DNA of 64,000 nt, taken from Amoebidium appalachense (taxonomy: Eukaryota > Protista > Ichthyosporea). A program made the translations under genes and the position numbers. Positions 38,087 through 64,000 of the stretch are shown here, in pieces (position 1 is the first letter of the stretch; the number at the start of each line of letters is the position of its first letter). The DNA is taken from contig CAVNZM010000011.1 of assembly GCA_963693365.1 (NCBI GenBank), positions 9,020,664 through 9,084,663 of the forward strand, given 5' to 3'. The notes under the pieces are model-generated. The model searched no databases, was not told the origin of the DNA, and worked only from the letters and a program-made list of their open reading frames with translations.

Positions 38087-38384
38087 CACACGCACGCGCA
38101 GACACACAGTACACACACGCGCACACATAAGCACACACATACTCTGAGTCACGCACTCACACACACGCACACACAAGCACACATACACGCGCGCACACAC
38201 ACACACCACAACACACACATACACACACACGTGTACACACTTTCTGACGCACACACACACAGCCTACACACACACAAACACACACTCAGTCTGGCACACA
38301 CACTTAAAAAAAACACACCAAGAGCATGCACACACACACACACACACACACATACGCGCGCCATGCGTGTACTACCCCCCTGAG

Positions 38385-38441
<57 letters not shown>

Positions 38442-38527
38442 TTCCCCCTCCCTAATCAATGGGTGTTTCGTATCACTGTTTCCCACCCCAGCTGGCCTCA
38501 ATATCCCTTGAAGTTCGAAATCCCCCC

Positions 38528-38558
<31 letters not shown>

Positions 38559-39012
38559 GTCTCGTAAGTGCCGATGATCGAATACGAATGACCATTGCAG
38601 CGAATTTATTTTAAGCTATTCTGGTTACATTTCCTTTTGGTACTCATACATTTAGCGCAGTACTGAAAACCCCCATACGATTTCGTCTTGTAAAAATCCT
38701 TGCATGTCTTCAACCTGTTACGAATATCATGCGCATACAAGTCATTTTTCATTACCATTCATCCACATTTTTTTTTTTTGGGGGGGGTACATTTTCATGC
38801 ATCCTAGGGTCTGACTTTTTTTGAGGACAAAACCAGCACATGCATCTAAATAATCTAAAAAAACGTTTATGAAATTCAGAAAGATGAATTCGAGATATCT
38901 CAATATGAATACTTCGAATAGATACTCTTAGTCACACAGAACACTTCGTGACTCGATTATACGACCACTCTCGACCACTATGTAGTAAACATACTTGTCT
39001 TTAAACCAACCT

Positions 39013-39266
39013 CCGTATCTACCATTTTGGACACAATCAAGGTTGATCCGATCGAGGATTTCAAATGGGCCTGGCACGGCTTGTGAATCTCTCGAATCTA
39101 TCGATAATAATTACACAATCGAGGGCGTGACGTAAAACCCACAGATGATGCAACACCCTCGATTGCGTAATTGTGATCGATAGATTCGAAAGATTCATAC
39201 CCGTGCCGGACCCAAAAAAATCCTCGATCAGATCATCCTCGATCGGGTCCAAAATGGTAGATACGG
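39013..39266. mobile_element. Foldback MITE (~254 bp, nearly wholly palindromic) with 4-bp TSD ACCT
   Basis: CCGTATCTACCATTTTGGAC...GTCCAAAATGGTAGATACGG. Arms pair imperfectly for ~110 bp. ACCT at 39009-39012 and 39267-39270. Confidence 0.85.
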
Positions 39267-39396
39267 ACCTTGCTTCAAGACACTGCATGCAAAAGCCAAA
39301 GCGCACACGATAACTTCCCACAAAGTTTCATGCTTCTAGTGAACAGCGTAAACACACAGGCTTGATGCATATGACATATGTGCATTTAAAATTTAA

Positions 39397-56554
<17,158 letters not shown>

Positions 56555-57292
56555 GATGGGAAAAAGAAGCTAAGCAAAATGATTCACGTGTGTTGGAAAG
56601 CCCCGGATCCCTTTCTGTGACAACCAAGAGGCCCTATATGTTTTTCTAAGATCTTAGGTAAATCGAGTGTCTAATAGTGGGTTCTTCGAAATGCCAAGCG
56701 CATCTCATGTGTGTTTTCTACCAACTTGTTGCGATGGCCCCTAACGACGGAGCATGTATCGTTTCCAAAGGTTCGATGGTGCCAGTCAGCCTACTGGTAG
56801 TAGGATGGAACTGTTTCTTTTAACACTCTTAGCACAGGTTGAGGCTCGACGCAAACTCTGAGAGGACAAGCTGGGCGGATCCAGCAGGAAAAAACTTGAT
56901 TCCGGAAATTTAATCCAGTGAGAGAAAGTAAGGGGTTTACACACTTTTTATTGCGTGGACATTGCCGGAGGCCCAGCCACATTCGAGTTTACGTTTGCTT
57001 TTTCTACTTCGCTCGAATTGCGTAAAACACTGGCCAATAGCTCGGTGACTCAAATTTTCCTGACCCTCTGATGCAAAATGAATATTTAGTTTTTATAACT
57101 CGACTTTCCGTCAACTGTATTGAATCAAATCAAATACCAAATCCATAAATACTGAAATAAAAATCGGTGTGTATTTGTCACAAGTTGGGGGTCTAAAAAC
57201 CAAGAAGAGGGAGACGGGGGTAAGGTGTGTGCGTTGTGTCTGACGAACAGGGGTTTGCAAAGAGTGCGAGGGTCTCTGTTACTGTCTCAAAG
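56555..57292. promoter_or_regulatory. Probable bidirectional promoter between EXD3 and the mitochondrial-protein gene
   Basis: Divergent ATGs 738 bp apart; the interval is free of the microsatellites that fill introns. Confidence 0.55.
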
Positions 57293-57361
57293 ATGAACCG
57301 TGTCGCCTGCCGTATGGCCACGCAGCGCCTGCGCTCTGGTAAAATCACCACACCCCACCTC

Positions 57362-57402
<41 letters not shown>

Positions 57403-58410
57403 CCCGCATATTGGCACCCGAAAGCGCGTTTCAAACTCACTCACACTCGTTGTTTCGTTAGATGGTAGACGGTTTTAAGGAGGAAGGGAAAGGGTTTTTC
57501 CCGCCATGTTCTAATGTTTCTTGACAGGCCACCAGTCCATCCGCGGCTATGCGTCGCACGCACCGGAGGTTCCCGCCTACCCGGAGACCCCCGCTGGAAA
57601 CGCCGCAATTGCTGGTACGCCTTTTTCTTTGCTCTAGATGCGCACATGTTTGTGTTAGACACACGCAAGTGCTGGCACAGTCAAGAGCACAGGCCAGCGT
57701 TAGCGCACACGCATGAGGGGAAATAATGTTTTTGCTACGCTAGGCACGTTTCAAATACGGTTATAGGGGACTCCATCTCCCTGCCTTTTGTCTCTCTCCC
57801 CCCCCCCCCCCCCCCCCCCCTTCCCCTCTATTCCTCTATTCCCTTCTCCGCCTCCCCCTGCACCCCGCTCCTCTTACGTTCTCTTCCTTTCACCACCCTC
57901 GTTAGCCATTATCTGAATCGTACTAAATCCTTTTTGGGGGCCGACTCTCTGGTTGTTTGTGTTACCGTGTTTCTCGTTTCTTGCTACTGGAAGCATGTCC
58001 GAACCAGCATTCTCCCATACACACTGACGCAGATGCGGAACTTTACAACATTACGCTGTTCCCTTTGAGCAGATTCACACACACACGTACCAACGCCCAC
58101 TAGTGCCCTGTGTCTCCCAACGTTCCCACCCTGGGCTTGCATGATCTCATTTTTCAGCCCTCTTTCTCGTTCTATTTGTTCTCCCTGGTTATTCTGGGGA
58201 TAGTTATTGGGCTGGTTGTATGCACGACTCCCCATACACTCACTCAAACACTATACCTCACATAGGTGCGCGCACACACATGCTGGCACTAGTAGAAGTG
58301 AGCATGGACACGCATTCCCAGGAGCACCATGGGCACACACATGTAAACACGAACACACATGCACCACCCACAAGACAACCATTGACGCACAGGCACACGG
58401 ACGCAGACAA

Positions 58411-58442
<32 letters not shown>

Positions 58443-58708
58443 ACACGCACACACACACACACACACACGTCGGTGTATACATATAAAAACACACACATAT
58501 ATACACATGCACATGTACACCCACACACATTCACCTACCCACTCACTCATTCCTTCACACCTACACACACCCCTACACCCACTCGCTCACTCACTCACTC
58601 ACTATCTCGCTCGCTCGCTCGCTCACTCACTCACCCACACTCACCCACCCCGCCACACACACATGCGCACACATACACACACACACGTGCTCACACACAA
58701 GCACGAGG

Positions 58709-58740
<32 letters not shown>

Positions 58741-59126
58741 ACACACACACACACATGCATGAATTCTGCACACACACCAACACACACACATGCATACTCC
58801 TACACACGGCAACACACACATATGCACTGCACGCACACGCACACTCACAGACCCCCCCCCCCCCCACACACACACACACACACATACATGCACACAAACA
58901 TCCTTCCCCCCTCCCCCCGCCCGCCTTTCTCCCGCACACAACACCCTCCCCCCTCCCCCCTCCCCCCTCCCCCCTCCCTCCCCCACACACACACCGTACA
59001 CAGCTGTGATTGGCTCTCTTGCCTTCCTTGCTGTGGGTGTTGTTGTTGTCCGCGGTGCCGAAAAGCCCGAGGCACCCGCATGGAACTACCGTGCCATCAA
59101 CAAGCCGGTAAGCAGGCGATTTTTTT

Positions 59127-59159
<33 letters not shown>

Positions 59160-59570
59160 CCCTTTACCCAATTGTTTGATTTTGGGTTTTCCACCTTTGT
59201 GACGTTTTGTTGTTGCTCTTTGTTGTCTCCTCCATATTTCCAACCCTCTAACACATACATCACATTCCCCCCCTCCCCCCCCTCCAACCCCCCCCCCCCC
59301 CCCCCCCCCCCCCCAAAGAAAAAAAAAAAGAAACAAATACTAATAACAAAATAAGCAAAATAAAAACTACCCTACCCAATGAAACAAACAACAAACAGTA
59401 TATTCCCTTCCCCTCCTCCCCCCGGTGTGCCCCTGCCCGCCCTGTCCCTTCCGGCTCCCTCGGGGTTCTATCAAAGGCATGGGTCTCTCTCGATGACTGG
59501 TTCTGTTTTAGTCGTACGCCTGCACAGAAACACAAATGCTTGGACACACACGCGCACTCACGCACGCACG

Positions 59571-59621
<51 letters not shown>

Positions 59622-60060
59622 GCATGCACGCACGCGCGCACACACACACACATACATGCACACACACAAGTTCATCGCGAAATTCTCGCATTCCATTCTG
59701 GCATGTACGTCTTTGTTTGATGTCATAGGACCCCTAGGCCAATAAATCCTTATATAAGAAACCCCTTTTAACCCTTTTGGTGTGTGACAGATGACGCCGG
59801 AGGCCGATAAGGATGCGATGTGGGAGAGATATGCGGCTGAGATGCGCACAAAGCCCTCCAGCATGTGGGCTTCTTTCACGGTGTGTTTCATGCCCACACA
59901 CACACATGCACACACATGCACAGACATGCACACATTCCCTCTCTCTCCCTCTCCCTCTCTTTGTCACACTTTGCCACACATACACACAATATTTCACACA
60001 CACATACACACACAAACACACATGCACACACACACATGTACACACATCCACACATGCGAT

Positions 60061-60100
<40 letters not shown>

Positions 60101-60121
60101 GCGCGCACATACACACACACA

Positions 60122-60153
<32 letters not shown>

Positions 60154-60163
60154 TGCACGATGT

Positions 60164-60196
<33 letters not shown>

Positions 60197-60277
60197 ACAC
60201 ACACACACCTGCACGATGTCACACACACAAACACACATACACACACACACAAAACACACGTGCGCTCACGTGCTTTG

Positions 60278-60325
<48 letters not shown>

Positions 60326-60538
60326 TCACTCACTCACACCAAAAAAGAACACATGCACATGCACACGTGATGACGCACAAGCACGCACATATGCACCAAC
60401 ACACTCATGCATGTAGAAATGCCCGCACAGGCACACCCAAATGTGTCCGCGTACACCGACACACACTCACTCACTCACTTAACTCACTCACTCACTCACT
60501 CACTCACTCACTCACTCACTCACTCACTCACTCACTCA

Positions 60539-60570
<32 letters not shown>

Positions 60571-60673
60571 CTCACTCACTGAACTCACTCACTCTCACTC
60601 TCACTTACACTCACACTCACACTCACACACACTCTACACACACACACACACACACACGCACGCACATGCACAT

Positions 60674-60755
<82 letters not shown>

Positions 60756-60948
60756 CCACACAACCACACAACCACACATGCATTTTTGAATAACTTTTTG
60801 GTCGGGTCTATCCGCACGTTAAGAACACGAACCCGTAGTCGACCCCTCCCCCCCCCCCCCCCCAACCCTTCTTTCTCCCTCTCTCTCTATTTCTGTTAGG
60901 GTGGAAGGGTGTGCATGGGTGTGTGCTCTGACGAGGTTCTTGAAGGGT

Positions 60949-60996
<48 letters not shown>

Positions 60997-62238
60997 ATGT
61001 GTGCTGATCGTGTTCTTTCACAGGATCGGGACGTAGACAGGGCCGCAATGGCCAAGCACGTGATTGCCGTCAAGAAGGTTGCCAACGAGTAGTACGTGTC
61101 TCCCCCCCCCCCCCCCCCCCCCCACAACCACCACCACCACCACCTCCTCCTTCTCCTCCCTCCTCCCCTCCCCCTCCCCTCCCCTCCCCTCCCCTCCCCC
61201 TCCCCCTCCCCTCCCCTCCCCTCCCCTCCCCTCCCCTCCCCCCTCCCCTGGATCCACCACCACTGCTTCCAAGCTCCCCCCCCCCCCCCCCCCCCCCCCT
61301 CCCCCCCCCTTCCCCAAACACACACGAAAAAAAAAAAGAAGAAAGAAAGAAAAAGAAAGAAAGAAAAAGAAAAAAAGAACAGGAAAAACCCACCACCACC
61401 ATGATCACAGCCTGCAATATTGTTGTTGTGATTATGCTGTCTTTGGTTTTCTTTCTTTTCTCCTTTTTCTTCCTCTTCCCCTTCTTTCTTTCTTCTTTTC
61501 TTTTCTCTCTCCTTTTTTTGTTCCTACCCAACCATCTGTGCTTGTACCCCCCTCCCCCCCAGCCCAAATAATCATTCCATTCTGTGCTTTTCGACTGTGT
61601 GTGGGTTGATGTGCGAGTGTGTGAATGTGCAGAGATGTGGGTACGTGTGTCCCTTAAGGACAAAGGGTTCATTTTGAAATTTCACTATGTAATTGATCAA
61701 ATTTCATATGTAGGATTATCGGCCCCCACTGAGTATCGGGAGTTAGGGAGTATGGGGGATTACGATCTGCCGTTATGCACATGCATGGTTCTGCCATCCC
61801 CGCACTCAATTTGATTGGTGTGGACATAACGGACCAATAGTCTTATATACCATATATGGTATGTAAGGAAATTTATTTTTGGACATTTATTCGTTAAAGT
61901 ATCTGCATGTGTGTAAGGGGGGTTTGTGTGTGCATGTTTAGAGAGGGGTGGAATTGTGTGTCCTGTCCAGTATGTGCATGTGGGGACATGGGGATGTGCT
62001 CTTCGGTACACACGTGTTTGGCACGATGCGTGTGCGTGCGTACGTGGGTGAATTTGTGCAAATCTGCTTAGTACTTGGGTTTGGTGTCGCTGTCTTTTTT
62101 TTTCGTATTCTTCAAGAATTGTACACTAATCACTTGCCTGCTCCCGTACAATCCTTGATGTGTGCACATGAACACACGTGCAACCGCACACACACACACG
62201 TACACGTACACACACACTAGCACACACACACACAATCA

Positions 62239-62320
<82 letters not shown>

Positions 62321-62354
62321 TACTCCCACCCTCACTCCCGCATCTGCACACGCA

Positions 62355-62391
<37 letters not shown>

Positions 62392-62556
62392 ACACACACA
62401 CTCCCACACACACTCCCGCACCCGCACACACGTACACACACACACACGTACAGCTTGGAGAGGCAGAAGCTCCCCGAGCGCACCATGCCCACGATCGTTC
62501 ATTCACGCAGCGCTATTGGTTCCTCGGTCAAGCAAGTGGGCATCGTGGGATATTAA
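57293..62556 (+). CDS. Mitochondrial single-TM protein, ~165 aa, possibly a complex I accessory subunit (fungal 17.8-kDa/NDUFB5-like)
   Basis: Exons 57293-57338, 57528-57614, 59004-59107, 59791-59880, 61024-61091, 62454-62556 join in frame. Arg-rich presequence [23 protein letters not shown]|[25 protein letters not shown], then [10 protein letters not shown]...KLPE...AIGSSV. Gene model good, family call tentative. Confidence 0.6.
59168..59262 (+). repeat. Family A 5'-truncated copy in mitochondrial-protein gene intron 3
   Basis: Matches the 3' ~95 bp of the consensus, followed by a C-run. Confidence 0.85.
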
Positions 62557-62729
62557 CTCAATAAAGGATGGAATACTGAACAAGCTATTAATCAATTGTG
62601 GAATATGGAAGGCAATAAATGGATTATCATTCGGCCGGCCGTTGTGTACTGTGATCGTCTCTGTAGTTGATTGGGGGTGAATGTTAATGTGGTGTTGATT
62701 CCCTGCCCCCCCCCCCCCCCCCCCCCCCC

Positions 62730-62871
62730 CATGCTTTTGTGCATAGGAGCCCCCCTGATGATGGGCTCTGTTCAAGTGTCTTCTGCCTGCACACTTCTCA
62801 TTTCAGTACGTTTGTGTTGTTGCTCTTTGTTGTCTCCTCCATATTTCCAACCCTCTGACGCATACATCACC
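62730..62871 (+). repeat. Family A copy downstream of the mitochondrial-protein stop codon
   Basis: Conserved 5' and 3' blocks, internal deletion/replacement. Confidence 0.85.
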
Positions 62872-63085
62872 CACCCACCCCTTTCCCCCCCCCCCCCCCC
62901 CCTTCACCCCCCTTCCCCACTCTCTCCCCCTCCCCGCCTCTCTTGCCCCCGGCACACACGTGTTTGTGTGCTGACGCGCGCGCACACACACAAGGCTCTA
63001 TGTATGCGTGATGCGGGTGCCCACAAGCGCACATATGCGCAAACACGCGACACCGTGGATGCACACAGACACACACACGTGCACA

Positions 63086-63132
<47 letters not shown>

Positions 63133-63305
63133 ACACACACACAACACACACCACATACACACAGACACACACAGACACGCACACACCACACATGCGCGCA
63201 CTCATGGGCATACATGCACAGATCAAGCATCCACCCGAACATAAACGTCACTGATACACACACTGCATGCATGCATTGTGCCCCCCCACCCCTCCCCCCC
63301 CCCCT

Positions 63306-63391
<86 letters not shown>

Positions 63392-63398
63392 TGCACAT

Positions 63399-63438
<40 letters not shown>

Positions 63439-63738
63439 TGTCAAGCCGAAACTTGCTCTAGTGCAATCTTTTCTGGAGAACATAGGGCTTCTCTTGGCGA
63501 TGTGGGCCTCAGTGTGTCCAAGTGTCTTTCTCTGCCCTGTTTTGTTTCCAAGTTTTATTTTTTGTGGATATTTTCATTGGCATGACATGACACCATGACA
63601 CGAATCATCAGCTCAGGTGTATCTCACGTCTCCAATGAGTCAGCCTACATTACACCTTGTATGGTGGGGATCTTTGGTATTTTTGAAATAAAACTTCTGG
63701 GGAGGGACCTCATGTGGGGGGGCCCCGGCGCGGGGGAA

Positions 63739-63781
<43 letters not shown>

Positions 63782-63940
63782 GGGGGGGGGGGGGGGGGGG
63801 ATACCCACAAAATCAATGTCCCAAGCTGTCCCAGGCCTGGTGGTTAAACACCCCCCCCCCCCCCCCCCCCCCCCACCCCCCGCGGCACATGCGCATGATT
63901 GCCAATTTGAAATACTAAATTACCAGACTGAGTACGTGTC

Positions 63941-63984
63941 CACCAAGGCCTCCTAAATAGCACTCCATTTAGGAGGCCTTGGTG
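63941..63984. other. Perfect 18-bp inverted repeat with 8-nt loop
   Basis: CACCAAGGCCTCCTAAAT-AGCACTCC-ATTTAGGAGGCCTTGGTG. Confidence 0.85.
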
Positions 63985-64000
63985 TCCGACTCGGACTCCA

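Overview
This is eukaryotic genomic DNA, probably from a non-animal opisthokont (inference). Introns are packed with (CA/TG)n, (GA)n and long G/C homopolymers, so almost all ORFs in the supplied track are repeat artefacts. Joining exons by hand (splice sites and phase checked) gives five spliced genes: a CCDC137 homolog (-, 1599-10211), a type II membrane C16orf89/UPF0764-like protein (+, 12689-17304), a complete bHLH-PAS-PAS transcription factor with a CLOCK-like basic helix carrying Asp in place of the E-box Glu (+, 25888-35348), an EXD3/Mut-7/Nibbler exonuclease with Mut7-C domain (-, 39397-56554), and a small mitochondrial single-TM protein resembling a complex I accessory subunit (+, 57293-62556). 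Also present: a frameshifted APE-RT non-LTR retrotransposon (about 19970-23997), three MITE-type families clustered at EXD3, a ~160-bp dispersed element always in host-transcript sense, a tandem array of branch-point motifs inside the bHLH intron, and a 5'-(GT)n ... (CA)n-3' polarity in many introns. Homology calls rest on remembered motifs, not database searches.
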